A stretch of DNA of 62,316 bases, counting the filler, from Porpidia crustulata (Eukaryota): NCBI GenBank assembly GCA_964255105.1. It is 16 parts of 16 records of this genome, joined end to end, with 100 filler letters (N's around TTAATTAATTAA, not from the genome) between each part and the next. Parts side by side here need not be neighbours in the genome. Positions count along the whole stretch, not along the records: positions 46,906 to 50,685 come from CAXUWE010002231.1; positions 50,786 to 54,563 come from CAXUWE010002232.1; positions 54,664 to 58,441 come from CAXUWE010002233.1; positions 58,542 to 62,316 come from CAXUWE010002234.1; 12 more parts are not named here. The stretch is one strand, 5' to 3'. Made by a program: the position numbers and the translations under genes. Of this stretch, positions 48,196 to 61,955 are shown in pieces. The notes under the pieces were generated by a model. That model was not told where the DNA came from, made no database searches, and saw only the letters and a program-made list of their open reading frames with translations. How positions within the stretch are numbered: the first letter of the stretch is position 1; each line of letters opens with the position of its first letter.

Positions 48196-51063
48196 TTTGA
48201 AGAATTATTAAGTTATTGATTTGGTTTTGGGTTTTGGAAGTGGTGGATGGAGGTAAAGAGGACGAAGAGTTGCTTGCGAGGGTTGATTATTAAAGAACGT
48301 ATTAGAATACTAAACGAATGTGATCGGTGATAACCGTTGCGTGTAGTTGGAACTGAAGGATGGATGAGGAGGAAAGGAAGCATCGAGGGCAATGTTGATA
48401 CTTAAGCGACGCGAAATGAAACCCCTGAGGTAAGCGATCGAAAAGGCATTAGCGCCCTTTTACGGTTGAAGTTTTGGGCTGGATTAGCCCGCCGCTAGAA
48501 AGGAACTGACTAGACCAGGGACAGCCGAGGCGTGACCGCTGGACTTAGCCCCCCCTTAGATCCTCAAGACCCTTTTAAACGCCATGATTCGCTGCTTATC
48601 ACAATTAAAAAGTGTCGAGCAATATAGGTACCTAGCAGTAGCGTCGCAGTGTGCAGCTGATAGTGTGTAACCAATTGTAGGTTGACTAAAGCAGCAAGCA
48701 CTGTGGAAATTGAATTGGCCACTGAAGGAATACGAAATTAGCCCGAAAGGAACTACTGAATAAAATGCAGAAGCTTCTTCCTTAAAGGCTGAAAGGAATT
48801 AGATGAGCGGCAAGAATATACGAGGTCGCAGTCATAACGATGATCGAAATTGATTAGTGATTGAGTCAACCGTGCGCTACTCCATCCCATTGGCTTCGTA
48901 AGTATACGACCAAAGCGCCATACAAGAGTCCGTATCGCGTTGAGCGCGTAGTTCACGAAATTGTAGCTGTTTATTGCGAACATTGACCGGCCATGGTCGA
49001 CAGTCAGCTCCGTTATTCCATGGGCGTGTGACTGACCATCCTAAGGATTCATGCGCAGGATTTGGTAAGATTCCAGATTGCAGGCTTGAGTGGTGTGATC
49101 GGCAACACCTCTTCCCCATCAAAATCCAATAAATAGTGGACTCATGAAAGGAGTCGAGAAAAGCATGGATGCTGCTTATGCGATATGAACGTCTTGGCAA
49201 TAGAAGCCGCCGCAGACTATAATTAATCTCCAACCAATCACTCTATAATTGACTTACGTAGTAATTGCTTCTATTTTTGTCTGTTACTCAATGATCAAGT
49301 CGGCAGGTCATCCTATCGATTTCAATCGATAATTTCCTTGCTAGGCTTCCAGGCTGCATGTTGGCCTCCTGGAAAAGGGTCGGTCTCCCAATTGCGTGTC
49401 GGTGTCTGTTATAACCTAGGTGGAGCACACTTCCGCGATGCAAGTCAGATGTGAGGGGTGAAGGCGAACTGCGCGTTTCATCTTGGGACGTAATGCGCAA
49501 GAGATATCAAAAATAAGACATTGTCCTTACGAGAACCCCCTCTCAAAAGCCGTGTGACCGCGATGGTAGACATGTTGATCCATACTGGCTCATCTGCCGG
49601 TATAGCTCATATCCGACTCCCAGGTTTTGTTTCCATCAAGACGCGAGAGAAGAGAGAACAGACTCTCGCCGCAAACGAGGTAGTATGTTCGAACTCTCAT
49701 GCTTCGTATTCATCACTCTGTCGGTATCCAATAAGCAGTCTTGGGATTGATTAATCTGTTTCATCGTTGATGCGATTTCCGTATCCTGTCTTTGATTGCC
49801 ATACATTCGCATTTGGTCACGCAGAATAATTTTCAGGCATCGTTGAGGTCATACGACTGACGACCAGCAACGAACTGAGAATGAGAATCATGGGTGACGG
49901 CTCTAGGCTCCCAGAGTACCTCGATTTTGAGTGACTCTTGCTGCACCGTCTTGACGGGTTGCCCTGCTGTAGCATTGCAACGAGGACCCTGAAGCAATTG
50001 TTCACCAGTGACAGGCAGACATTGTTCATAAGGCGGACTGCGTCAACAATCTCCAGCGAACCTTCACCATCACGCACTGGCGACCGTCCTCCATAATATT
50101 GCTTTTGTTCACAATCCCTCAATGGGGCCAGTCTCACCATTGAGCCTGGCGCATATGTCATTACTAGCTATTTCCACTACGCATGACTCGTCCGCGTCCA
50201 TGGTTCGAATTCTGCTTTCAAGGCAGAGTCCATGTTTCGTTCAGTTTATACTGCGTGCTGAGGACATTGTTGTTATGCCTCTCGTGGGTGTTTGGTTGAC
50301 CCGTAGTCCGTGACGCTGGGACGTGATTCGATTTTTCGTTACCGAGTGACGATTCTCCAGGGAACTATCATCCGAAGAACCTCCATGCTTCCAACGCTTG
50401 CTTGCGACTGGTGCAAACAGTGCACCATTTCCCAAACCACTTGTTGCCTTAGAACTTCTCCTTGATCTTCCTCACGCAGATATCCAACACCCTTGAAAGC
50501 CGTTGATGTGTTGTGGAGAGCGGTATCCAATATTGCATCTCTCGTACCGGCATTCCACTCCTTGTGGCGACATAGCTGAGGCACCAGACTCCCTGAATCC
50601 GCTCCCATGCCTGTGTTTGGAAGAATTATACATCTCGCTGCTCTCTCCCCTCGCAGCCCTGTGCACCTGCTACTCCCCACACTACNNNNNNNNNNNNNNN
50701 NNNNNNNNNNNNNNNNNNNNNNNNNNNNNTTAATTAATTAANNNNNNNNNNNNNNNNNNNNNNNNNNNNNNNNNNNNNNNNNNNNGAAGGAAGTTGAAGG
50801 AGGTGGATGGTTTTGTGGAGGTGGGGGAGACGGAGGAGATGTGGGCGTTGGGTGTGAGGAGTTTTGAAAACTGATGGCGCATTTGATTTCGAAGCTGAAT
50901 TTTTCCCTTTAAGTTAGAGAGGCACAAGAGGCTAGTTGAAGAGTTTGCTGCAGAAGTGAGAATCGTTCTGGGTTAATGAAGATGAAAGAGGTCGACGATA
51001 TAGATGACGGGATAAACATCTACGCAAATTCGACGATTTCCTGATGAAAGTGTAAAGAAATGT

Positions 51064-51204
51064 TTAATGATGAGATGTTTGCTTCCGAAGCGGAGAATTT
51101 GCCGGAAACTTGATCAGAGGGAAAAGAGCTTGCCGAGAGCGATGAAGCGCCTTGCCAGTCGTTCTTGACACAAGTCGGACTTCAATCCCATCGAGGATCG
51201 CCAT
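51064..51204 (-). pseudogene. Truncated 5' relic of a paralog of the adjacent DUF7918-like gene
   Basis: CAAA-ATG start gives MAILDGIEVRLVSRTTGKALH, matching MAILEDFEVKITT..PFHEY at 53595. It then runs into unrelated sequence and stops after 46 aa. Confidence 0.5.
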
Positions 51205-52287
51205 TTTGAGTTGAATGTTAATGCAATTGATTCGAGTAAATAAGAGGTGGACTTGGTCGAAGTAGGGTTATGCGTAATTCGGCAGGATACTATGGACCTG
51301 AGCGACCTACTATTCAAGAGGATTGATCTTGGTTGTAAGTGAGAGTTGGAAAGAGTGTTCAGTGAAGCTAGAATCTAGCTTGAGAGGAGGACGAAATCAA
51401 TGTTTTCCAAAGTGATCAGCTTCTCTAACCGAGGACTGCATGTGAAGCGACATACCTACAAGCTGAAAATTCAAGTGAGCAGTGTCTGCACCGTCGAAGA
51501 TGTATCCGTAATACGTTTGAAGTCTGTACGTATTGCTATTGACCTGTGGATCAAGCTCATCAGGTTGAGGTGAAAGATATAGACTTACGAGTGATGAGAT
51601 TGAAACAAACTATTAACCATGTGGAAATTCGGCCTAGTGGTGATGTGTTGAACCGATTATCAAGTAGGAATATTAGAAATATGCCTACAGTAATGGATTC
51701 AATAGTCAAGTAAACTTACATTGTGGTAGAATCGTATTTTAGATGTACCTGAACGAATCGGGGTTTTCGGACGAAAACAACTGACCCCAGAGTTTGGGAG
51801 TGATCTGGAAGTCATAGAAGCTGTATGAATCGATCAAGATTCAAGGAAGAAGTGGCAGAGAAACAGCTACACGTTTTTAGAAATAGAGTGACTAAGGTTA
51901 GCAACATCATTTAACATTATAAAAATCCACCACTGTCTAGATTAAGTGTAATTGAGAGAAATCGTGATGATGTTTCATCATCTCATATGAAGGTTAAAGT
52001 ATAATTGAGAAAAATACTACCCTAGCTGCAGAATATTGAAAAAGTCATAAATAAGTTTTCCGGAAAATAGGGAGTCTTAATATAAACCATGAACTGATTA
52101 TCGACAGAATCCTTTCTCATCTTCTAAGCCCGGGTAATAAGTGACTAGAATTCTTTAAGATTGCCAGAGACCGTAAATCTTAAATGATAGATTTCAACGA
52201 GTCAAAGACTGCTCTCAGAACTACGCGAAGAAGAAAGGAGCAGTCTTAGAAACGGAAAGATTCCCTGTACGAGATCAAAGGAAAGAT

Positions 52288-53595
52288 TCAGTCATCCGTC
52301 AGGTCAACTATCTTTGTGCGTTTCGCTAGACGGTTTCTCGAAGTCGAATGCTGAATCAAAATTTCGGTGTCGTCCTCGTCCTTGATGCGTTCGCGCTTGA
52401 CACTCACTGCTGGCGCTGCAAGGGCTGGCATTTCTAGCGTTGCACCTCCCATAAAAGTCCTAAAAGCAGCTATTCGATCCTTGAGCTCTTTCATGCCAGC
52501 GTTCTCGGCACTTAGGCGCTCGATCTCTTCTTCCAGCCGAAGGTTCTTCTCCTCCAATGTTTTCATCGCCTGTAATTCTGCCTGTAGAATATCAATTTCA
52601 TCAAGCGGTAGGTGGCCGTAGTACGTACCCGAAGCTTTATCAGTTCTTGAAGTTTTTCCACTTCAGTCAAATCCCAGGGTGCTCTCTGTGAGACTGCAAT
52701 GGGTGTAGGGCTCCTTGGGATGCAATTGAGTAATTGCAAACACACTTTGGTTAATTGTCAGCCTATCAGATCACATAGCTGTGGTGATGCTTACTGCGAG
52801 AGCGATATCGGAAAACGAACTCCAACAGATTGCACTTAGTTCCCTCGTGTTGATTATAATCAAACTTATTCATGCCTGGATCATCAACTAGCTCGGGGTT
52901 GATTGGTCTAAATTTGGCATGAGTTCCGAGGCTTCCGACAATGAAGTGCTGACTTGCGATCTAACCTCATAATATGGCTTACATGTCTTTTTTTCACTAG
53001 TTCTTCGGAGGCTTCGCTTTGGCCGGGCAAATCGTGAACATTGGTGGAGTAAGGTACTGGCTTCTTCTTTCTGACACGGTAGCCTCTGTCAATCCCAACA
53101 ACGATGCAGCCAAGAGAATTCGCCTGCTCGTCAATGACATCTCTGTCTTGGTCGTGGTCTTCGTCTAGTCAGGCTTTAGTCACGAAGGCGTGTCAGGTCA
53201 AGAAGCGGCTTACCAAATTCAAGAGCTCCAAATGAGAAATTAATACGAGAGTATTGTGTTCCTTCGAGTTTCAATGCATCGCAATCAATAAGTGGCGTTT
53301 TGTTCTTCTGAGCTGCAAGCACACGATCCTTATGGATATATTTAAACTGGCCCACCACTCCCTCGTCTATATCAAGGTGTATCCTGATACCCGTGGCACC
53401 GAATAGTCGAAATGTAGGCTTCACAAATACCTCAATTTGAAAACCCATCCCAGTCTCAGCTTCAATGTACCTCTCCAGTGAAACTATACCTTTTTCTAAC
53501 TTGTCAGGTTCTTTTGTAGGGTTCTCGTACTCATGAAATGGATTTCTATGAGGAAACGTTGTAATTTTCACCTCAAAATCTTCTAGGATGGCCAT
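52288..53595 (-). CDS. Fungal DUF7918-like protein with a C-terminal coiled coil; about 5 exons
   Basis: MAILEDFEVKI..HEY..RYIEAETG..F.I; LGCIVVGIDR; VPFRYRSR..LQLLNCIPRSPTP; ends VKRERIKDE..KIVDLTDD. GTAAGC/GTACGT donor sites. Confidence 0.75.
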
Positions 53596-54896
53596 AGTGT
53601 GCCCAAAGGAGGGTAAGGAAGCCGTGAGATTGAATGGAACACTGAGAAGTAGCCGGCCGACTAGGATCGAAGAAGTGTCTCGTATTCCGAAGAAAACTTT
53701 TCAGCGGGTAGACCGCAGAGTCATTGGAGTCTCGAATGAATCTTAAATGAGAGCAGAAATTGTTTTAGTTTGACCATTAAGTTCGCCTTGTTGTGCAAGG
53801 GGTATAGAAGAGAAGAGATTGGAAGTCAATGAGACGAAGTTTTCGGCGACTAAACTGCAAAGTCAGAGTCCCAAAGAAGACCAAAGTGAGTATGAAGGAT
53901 TGTTTTTGGCATGTCCAATCTGCTCATCACAAGGGAGGAGAGCCGAACTCAGATATTTAAGAGAAAATACACTCACAATGAGTGGACCGCATGCTCCTTG
54001 AGAATCATGAAGGAGACTGAAGTGTCATCTAGATCGCGAAACTAATGTCAGCCTCAAATAATATCAAAGTGACTTGTAAAAGCAAAGAGTCAACTTAACC
54101 CCGTTAGTCAATGCTGAAAATTGATTTCGTGAAAAAGGATGTGAGCTGTAAATCGGATGTGTGACTTACAACTTCTGCAGTGGCATCACCAAACCCAAAC
54201 CGAATTTTCCCCATGCAAGTCTCCTACACCAGAGATCCCAACTTCCTCGAAGCAAACCTATACCGCTCCACCCGCCTTTGCCGGGAAAGAAGCGGGAAAG
54301 GTCAGATATATCGCTATCGCCAGCTCTGACGTTTCAAAATTGTGAGAAAAGCACACTCCAAAGCAGATATCAATGTTGCCTTGATTGGGAATCTTCGAGC
54401 TGGAGAACTCTCACCGTTCCCGCACGTCAGCAGTATCGCAGCTCACATCACTCATGCAGACACGGAAAGAACAATCACATCCACAGTATTGCGTCGATTC
54501 AAGCCCTCCTCTCCGCGCTCCCTCGTAGTAGTAGCGGCGTTACAAGTAGACTCTTCACTACCCNNNNNNNNNNNNNNNNNNNNNNNNNNNNNNNNNNNNN
54601 NNNNNNNTTAATTAATTAANNNNNNNNNNNNNNNNNNNNNNNNNNNNNNNNNNNNNNNNNNNNGTCATGTGGCGTACGTGATATCTCGCTGTTAAGGGAA
54701 GGGGTGCCAAAGATGGGAATTAGACTGAGAAACCATCTCAGATGACGCTGCCTGGAAATCGGGAGATTGATTTTTTGGTCAAGACGATCGATTTCGCCAC
54801 ATCTATCGGTGTTTGCCGTGTGCCTTGCATTGATCCAAGCCATTCAGCGTAACCTCTACACATCAAGGAGGCCCAGATGACAATCCAAATTCCGCA

Positions 54897-55560
54897 TCAA
54901 CCCAAACCTGGATACCTATCGTGGTACACCATGAACTCAGCGCGATACTTGTCAAAGCTCTTCGTGTAGCCGTCCAATGCCTGTTTCATCATGATTTCCA
55001 ACTCAAATGGTATAAGAATCCAGCCCGGTTGGGAGAAGCCCAAGGTGTTTACGTCCCCGATGGGGAGATGTCTGAGGACCTTGATATTGTGGATGATGGC
55101 GTCGCAGATCTGGAGTTTCCAAGACGACTTTTGCGGCTCGGGTCCGTCGAAACCAAGTTTGGCGTATTCAGGTTGCAAGAAAATGAGGCGCAAGCCCTTG
55201 ATGCGGAGGAAGTCAGTCTTGATTGAAAAACCCGGCCTGCCGCCTTCGAGGTACGTGCACCATCTCTGGTGTTAGGACCTTTGATGGCAAAGATGAAGGA
55301 ACGCGTATGCTCTACACTCCGGAGCTTGATGAAATCGTGGATACCTGCAGGAGATCAGAATCGGAAGGTATTTTCGCCATAGAGGACTTTGTGCTCTGTA
55401 CGATATAACATTGGGAAATCTTCATGAATGCAGTGTCGATGCTGCTAACTTGCGTCAGCCAGGGCAGGATCATCTTTGGTTTGGAGGGAACCGACTCGCT
55501 GAATACTTTGAATGTCAGGAAAAGCTTGAAGAACTTGTGTTTCATTTGCATTTATGTGGG
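54897..55560 (-). pseudogene. Frameshifted relic of a fungal F-box-like/DUF7730-type gene
   Basis: Segments ..SIDTAFMKI.., KVLYGENTFRF and KGLRLIF fall in different frames with in-frame stops. Confidence 0.35.
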
Positions 55561-56890
55561 TGGAGGTTTTTCTACTTTGAAGGCCCCCTTCTCTATACCA
55601 ATCTGATTGTCCGCCACCAGCAAAAGCCCTAAATGTCCTGCTTTGGTTTCGTTGGGAGGAGCAAGAGAATGGACTACACCACGCATTCATCTGGCGATGA
55701 CTCAGATGGACTGATCAACGGAACTTGATCATCCATGCTGGAAACGGTAGAATTTGAGGCGTGATGGAATGGTAATTATAAAAACATAAAAGTTCAACAG
55801 ATGGTCAGGCTCAGTAAGGTCGCCTTGTAATCATATATCGATATTTGTAACGCGTAAACAGCGGCGGACTTAAAATGAGAGGAGAATCGGTAATGAAAAG
55901 GACATTGCGGTCCCCAATCAAGACAACGCAGCGCAAAGATAGTACGAGAATTGTTGAACGCCAAGGTCAAAAGCCTATCTCCTACATCACAGGACTATAT
56001 CGGCGACGGCTTCGCGGTAACAGCTAGCACCTACTCATTCTCAAATTTATGAACCTCAGAACTTTTCTTGTTCACAGCCGACAAACAATCAAACCATTGG
56101 AATCGCGTTTGCCCCTGAGACACGCAAAGCGTGTCGAAGGCGTGCGTAGCTCATAGAGCCCGAAGCATAACCATTTGGACATCAAGTCGCTTTGACTAAC
56201 AGGATGAGTGCGACTAGGCCAAGAGTGTCACTTATGGATGGCAGGGCCTTTCTCAAGGTATGAGTGGGAACAGCCTAGGCACCAAGGAGGTTCCAAGCCA
56301 ACATTATGAGCGTCAGGGTGGGGCTGAGGGAGAGGGAGAGGGAAAAGGAGGATATGGAGGCGTTGGTCGGATTCGGCAACCATCCACCCATCTACATGTG
56401 GAATCATTTCCGCTCTATGGTAAATATTGGGATCATCGTGGAGCAGGGTAATGCGGAATGAGTACTCTACTGCCTTACCGCTCGCTTGAAGGAAAAAAAG
56501 ATACATTCAATCCTCAAGACACCCCTGGAAGCCCCGCTACATTAGGCTTTCCTACCGCCTAAATCCAACGTTGCACGTAGCTTTAGGTAGCAAAGCCCCC
56601 TAAACAAGCGAGATTTCTGGGCAAGGGCCAAGGGTGGGGTGTACCGTTTATTTCCATTTACCTGCTTACTTACCTCACCAACTCACCCCGGTCGCTGACA
56701 ACCCACCAGGCCGCTTACCGCACCTATGGGCTATCGTCACAGTCTGTCTCACAATCAGCCCTGAAGGGGGGAAACACAAATCGATCCTTGGTGCAGTAAT
56801 AATCAACACAGACTACTCAAGGGCAGCTTTCACTTGGACGCTGACCATGCAACTTGTCACATAATCTGCAGTAAGCCACTGCCGCCCGTC

Positions 56891-58381
56891 ATGGCTGTCG
56901 CTACCAAGAAGCGCTCTCTGTCCGACATGCAAGATCTTGGACTTTCTTCAAATGAAGCAAACCAACAATTCGGCCTAGAGGACAATTACAGAATGATGGT
57001 CTTACAATTTGAGAACGGCCTGTCCGAGGAGGATGTCGACAAACATTTCCTCCGAATGGCTCTGAACCTTGGCATTCATGTTCCACAAGACCCAAAGACT
57101 ACTCTGGATATTGTGACCAGCAACGTCGGCAAACTCACCTTGGCCTCGACGTCTATAGAATCTCAACCGGCTCTTTCTCAGTCCTCCCAGTCATTCCATC
57201 CTCCGTCAGATAGTTCTAGCGAGCAGCAATATCCTACAAAAACGTCATCGATCACCACCGCCTCTATCGCCTCCGTCACATCCTCGTTCGATGTTGCAAG
57301 TTCGCGCAAACCCTCTTACCAGCTTATTAAACAAGGGATTCGACGACTTTCGACATTGCGGAGACGGAGGACAATCGACGCACCGATTCACCATCTACCT
57401 CCGTATATATCGTCCTCTTCGTTCTCAATCCCATCTTCCCATACCCGTTCGATAAGCACAGACCCAATTCAGATCCCTATAATTCTCAGAAAGCCTGTTG
57501 CGCTTCCGTCGTACCGTGCGCCTCCAAAGAGAGATATTCCAAGTCTACCAGATCGGGCAAAGGAGGATCGAGAAGCCCTTGCTGCATCTCAGCGAAGCCT
57601 GCACAATATCCGATTACAAAGACTTAGGACCACCCAGCTGGCAGAGCAATCCCGATTTACTCGATTCGAAATAGACCAATATCGTTTGATGCGGTTGAAA
57701 CAGACGGAGATAAAGGAGGGCGCCATGAAACGGTACAGGATCCGAGAACATACCGCTCAAGAAAAACACATCGAAGCCCTAACCTCCCTCGAGAACCGTC
57801 ACCTCTCCGCCGAAGTCGACCTCTGCCGAACCCTCCAGCTGGAGAAACAAGCCTGCGAAACCCGCCTGCGGCACATGGAAGCCTACTGCAACCCGAAATC
57901 CAAAGTGGACGGCATGCCCAACCGCGTCGTCACCCGCAGGGACTACCACCAGCTAACGCAGCAATACCACGCCCACAACGGCATGGACAACCTCCACGCC
58001 GCCCGCATCAACGTCCTCCGCGAGAAGCAAGCGAAACAACTCGAACGCATCTCCGCCAAGCAAGACCTCGAACTCGACGCCCTCGCCGCCGACCTCGAGG
58101 CCGAAAACGCAGCGCTCGACGCAAAACTCCAATCCGACGCCGAAAGCCTACAGACCGAATTCTCGGACCGTAAACGCCGCCTCGTGGCGCGCTGGTTCCT
58201 CGCCGAAGCCATCGAGCGGCGCAAACTCGAAAACGAAACCGGACAGATATACGGCCCGTTGCCCGCGCTGGAATGGCCGGACGGTACGAGGGAGAGGGGG
58301 AAGGTCGAGGATGAGACGTTGGAGGGTTTTGCGCGGGACGCACTCATGGCGTACGATGCCGCGACGTTAGGCATGATATGA
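56891..58381 (+). CDS. Fungal hypothetical protein with a coiled-coil C-terminus; intronless
   Basis: 496-codon frame from MAVATKKRS, containing LENRHLSAEVDL..RLRHMEAYC..HAARINVLREKQAKQLE..RLVARW.LAEAIERRKLE. Confidence 0.8.
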   Translation: MAVATKKRSLSDMQDLGLSSNEANQQFGLEDNYRMMVLQFENGLSEEDVDKHFLRMALNLGIHVPQDPKTTLDIVTSNVGKLTLASTSIESQPALSQSSQSFHPPSDSSSEQQYPTKTSSITTASIASVTSSFDVASSRKPSYQLIKQGIRRLSTLRRRRTIDAPIHHLPPYISSSSFSIPSSHTRSISTDPIQIPIILRKPVALPSYRAPPKRDIPSLPDRAKEDREALAASQRSLHNIRLQRLRTTQLAEQSRFTRFEIDQYRLMRLKQTEIKEGAMKRYRIREHTAQEKHIEALTSLENRHLSAEVDLCRTLQLEKQACETRLRHMEAYCNPKSKVDGMPNRVVTRRDYHQLTQQYHAHNGMDNLHAARINVLREKQAKQLERISAKQDLELDALAADLEAENAALDAKLQSDAESLQTEFSDRKRRLVARWFLAEAIERRKLENETGQIYGPLPALEWPDGTRERGKVEDETLEGFARDALMAYDAATLGMI

Positions 58382-58627
58382 GAGGATTCGGTGTGCTCGT
58401 CATTGATCTCGGAGTTTTGATTAGCATTATGGGGCGTATGTNNNNNNNNNNNNNNNNNNNNNNNNNNNNNNNNNNNNNNNNNNNNTTAATTAATTAANNN
58501 NNNNNNNNNNNNNNNNNNNNNNNNNNNNNNNNNNNNNNNNNGTTGTAAAGGCTAAAGTACCGCTGGGTTGGAGGATGCGGTAGCCTTCTTTGCGGGCGGG
58601 GAAAGGGGTAAGTTGAGTAAGGGTGGA

Positions 58628-59169
58628 TTAGTGATTGGTGATTTCTGGGGACTGGACCGCGGAGAACTCTGCCGTGGTTGAGGATAGAGGTGGCAAAGTC
58701 CATGAGGACATGTGTGAAGTAAATACTTGGTAGACCGGTATTCTGCCGCTGCTGTCAGAGTTCCTCATATTTCTTGCCCGAGTTCGAGTAAGCCATATGT
58801 TGGTCAAATATGTGTGAGCGTCAATGACGGTTGCCAAGGTATTTGTCCAGTGTTGGGAATATATTGCAATTATTGCTTCATCGACGTATCCGTAAATAAG
58901 CTGCATATCTTGTACGTCGTTGGGTTCAATTAGCTTGTAAAGCACTGTAGTAACGGCATCACTTCCACAAGCATTGTCAAGGATGACAAGGGGCTTGGTG
59001 TCTGGTAGACATATCATCCTGATAATCGTGATGAAATGACTTTTCCAGGTGTATGACTGGCTCGGTGGTCTTGATGAGGTGTCCGGTCATGTTCAGAGGC
59101 AACGTCCATGGCACCTGAGACCGCTTGATGAAATGCATCGTTGCTCTGCACTTCATTGTCGGTTTTCAT
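58628..59169 (-). pseudogene. Degraded class I SAM-dependent methyltransferase
   Basis: Motif I-like LVILDNACGSD (second Gly lost), TVIDA and FTHVL lie in broken frames. The upstream frame from ATG 59169 stops before motif I. Confidence 0.6.
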
Positions 59170-59851
59170 CTGGGATCCCGTTGCGATCTTGGTCGTTTTT
59201 GATCAATGAAGAGTCAAGAAATTGGAGGTGAGGCTTCAATGTTGCGGGCTGCCAAATTCTCAAAGCAGTCGATCTAGTCTTATAAAGCTGCTGGGTAACA
59301 TTGAGTGCGGCTTCGAAAACCTTCGAGATGCTGAGACAAAATAGGCAAGACTGAGGTGAGAGTCACAGTCAAATAAAAAGTCATGCAAGGAGTAGCGCGT
59401 ACCATTACCCATAGTTACAATAGGAAACTTCTGGCTTCCATTATCGGTCTTCCAGTATGAAACTTGTATTGGACGTAAAGCTCGTTCGAATTTACAGAGA
59501 GCGGATAAACCGAAGTCTGGAATTTCTATTCTAAGACCGACAATGACGATATAGCGACGGCCATGTCTGACGCATTGGCTGGCCGTCTCACCATTGGAAG
59601 TACTACTTGGGAGCTAATACACCGCCCGCTTTTCCGGAAAGCCATGAGCAAGGTCGCCAAGTCCGAATCCCACAAGGACACAAGTATAATCTACTCCTCT
59701 GGCTAGACCAATTTGCCAATGAGTTAGGATTGGACGACACGCCACGAGCTCGAAGGAGGCTCAGAGTGAACAAAAGCATTAGAGACTCGATTGACTGCTT
59801 GTATATTTGTTGATCTCATACTATTAGTACTGAGACGAGGCCCGGACATTT

Positions 59852-61510
59852 TCAATCAACTGCCCACACCGACCAAGGCCAGAGATCAAAGAGATCGAAA
59901 CTCCATCCTCTATTCCTATTAGGTCTAATGGATTGCATCCAGTGCTCGGACGACCATTCTCCATCTGTTCCGTAGCCTAGATTTATGAGATAAACGACGA
60001 GAAAGACAATAGCCACTGATGGTATGGCTACAGAAATGTAGACCCAGAAGTGGCCCGGACCTGGCAGGAACCTCTCACTCATGCTTAGGATTTGTGAGGT
60101 AAGAGATAAGGGTAAAAACATCATCCCAAGCAAAGTCAGGATTTTGACGCTTTTTGCTTCATGCAGCGAACGATTAGCCTCCTTCAGGGCTTGTCTATTA
60201 CCCAAGATCCCAGCCAGTCCCGTCAACGAAGAGGTTAGGGTGTCGGACCTACTCTTCAAGCCTTTTAATTTTTTATTGATCAAACGAAAGTCTTTCTCAC
60301 AGCTACTCCAGTCCTTGGAAGCGAGGCTCTCGGATAATGGAATATCTAGGCTGTCGAGTATTGACTCAGCATTTTCACAATATTCAGAGCATCGCCGGCT
60401 CCAAGACTGTAACTCGCTCCACCTTTGCTCTGCCCATGCAATCTTGATCTCACTTATGTCCTGCTCTTGAGACGACCATGCGATTTCGAGATTACTAAGC
60501 ATTCCCCTAATGTACTCAATTAAAATTAGATAATTAGATGCAACAATTTTCTTCAAGAATATCGTAGAGACTAGTGGTTCCTCCATATTGTCGACACAGG
60601 TTGAATGGTTTGTCCAGTAATGGCAAATGTCTTCGAGTATCGATTCTCTGCGAGGTCCTGGGGTTTGACACGCATCGTCGAGATCTTTGTAGTTCATGAA
60701 GTCAGAATACCCCCCCTGGTAGGGCTCATTGGGCAGTGATGTTCGCTCCGGACTTCCAAATTTCACGCCAAGAAGTACATCGCAAACTGGAGGATCGATG
60801 AAAAGGATGGCTAGAAGAGATTCAACAAAGAGTTGGAGGTCGCAGTGGTCGTCAAACTACTCACCGTCCCAGCCGCCACGTCCGTCTTTCCTCGACCAAT
60901 ACGATGCCTTCCGATCAACTATACCGACGCGATCGAATGTGCCAGGAATTCGAGAAAAGTGTATCTGCCGGCATCCGTCGGCGGATCTCCGAAACAGAGA
61001 ATCGGGTGGCCCTTGAGGATAGTGAAGCAATTCATAGTATGGTATATGGAACGACTGAGAGGGGTTCAGAAGGGAGGGAAGTGGAGGCGTATTTCCAGAT
61101 TTATGATATGATTCCCAGTGCGCTGTTCGCTGCTGGTGTACAAAGAGGTTTGGATCAATGCGAAAATGTTCACCAAGCGTGCTTGTGGTTGTGGGGTCCA
61201 AGCCTTCCACAAGCAGAAGGCGACGACAAGGTTCTGCTGTCCTGTCTACGCTGCTTTTTTCGAGATATCTTTGTAATTTGTTGGGATGAAAGAAATTTGA
61301 CCGCGCTGGAGCTTTGCCGTCCGAGAATTGCAGCACAACCACTCTCCCAGGGCCGTTTGCGCCCCAAGGAATTTCTGGATCATTGTAGCGAAGGTTTGGA
61401 TATTTGAAAGACAGCGACTCAATCTTTTTTTTATATTCCCCAGTCGCGAGATGCGCTGCATCATTTGGAGAACTAGAAGAATGTGATGAAAACGAGAGGA
61501 CATGAGCCAT
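59852..61510 (-). CDS. Fungal CorA-like (2 C-terminal TM) protein; 2 exons
   Basis: RRLLLVEGLDP..LGEHFRIDPNLFVHQQR..GGWD/AILFIDPP (intron 60811..60864); EAKSVKILTLLGMMFLPLSLTSQILSMSERFLPG..FWVYISVAIP. Confidence 0.85.
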
Positions 61511-61955
61511 AGAGAGCTTGACAGACAGGATATGATGAATATTGAGCAAATAGGAAAGAAGCCGAGAGACCTGCTGAAGCCTAAAAATCCTTCATCCCCA
61601 GCCTTGCCCCAGACGCCGATCAGGGACGCCTAGTAAGTTATGGAGGACTAACTGGCGCACCTTCTCTCACGCTCAAGTGAAGAATACAGACATAGGCAGA
61701 AGCTACGTCTTGAAACAAAATGTTAATACTCTATACTTGCGTACCAACCTACTACATTTAGAAGCAATTAGGGTTTCTCCCGTCATTCCTCGCTCAGTTG
61801 CCCGGCGTGTGCGGGTACTGACCCGATATGGCCCACTAGCTTAATTTCGATGTATCGATAAAGTACTACCCAGAAAGGCACGTGAGAGGGCATTCGAATT
61901 CGGAATCCTCAATCATCCAGCTCTTCTGATTTGCTTACATCCCTCCTCAGTCTCC

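Noticed and set aside
48300..50685. Short ORFs upstream of the GPI wall-protein gene (and those at 6000-8600)
   Set aside because: No motifs, codon bias or consistent splice pattern; likely intergenic or regulatory DNA.
3826..58541. Regularly spaced identical TTAATTAATTAA units about every 3.9 kb (array or CRISPR-like periodicity)
   Set aside because: These are artificial linkers embedded in Ns; the periodicity comes from length-sorted contigs. ORFs ending in XXX-LIN or XXX-N are linker artefacts.
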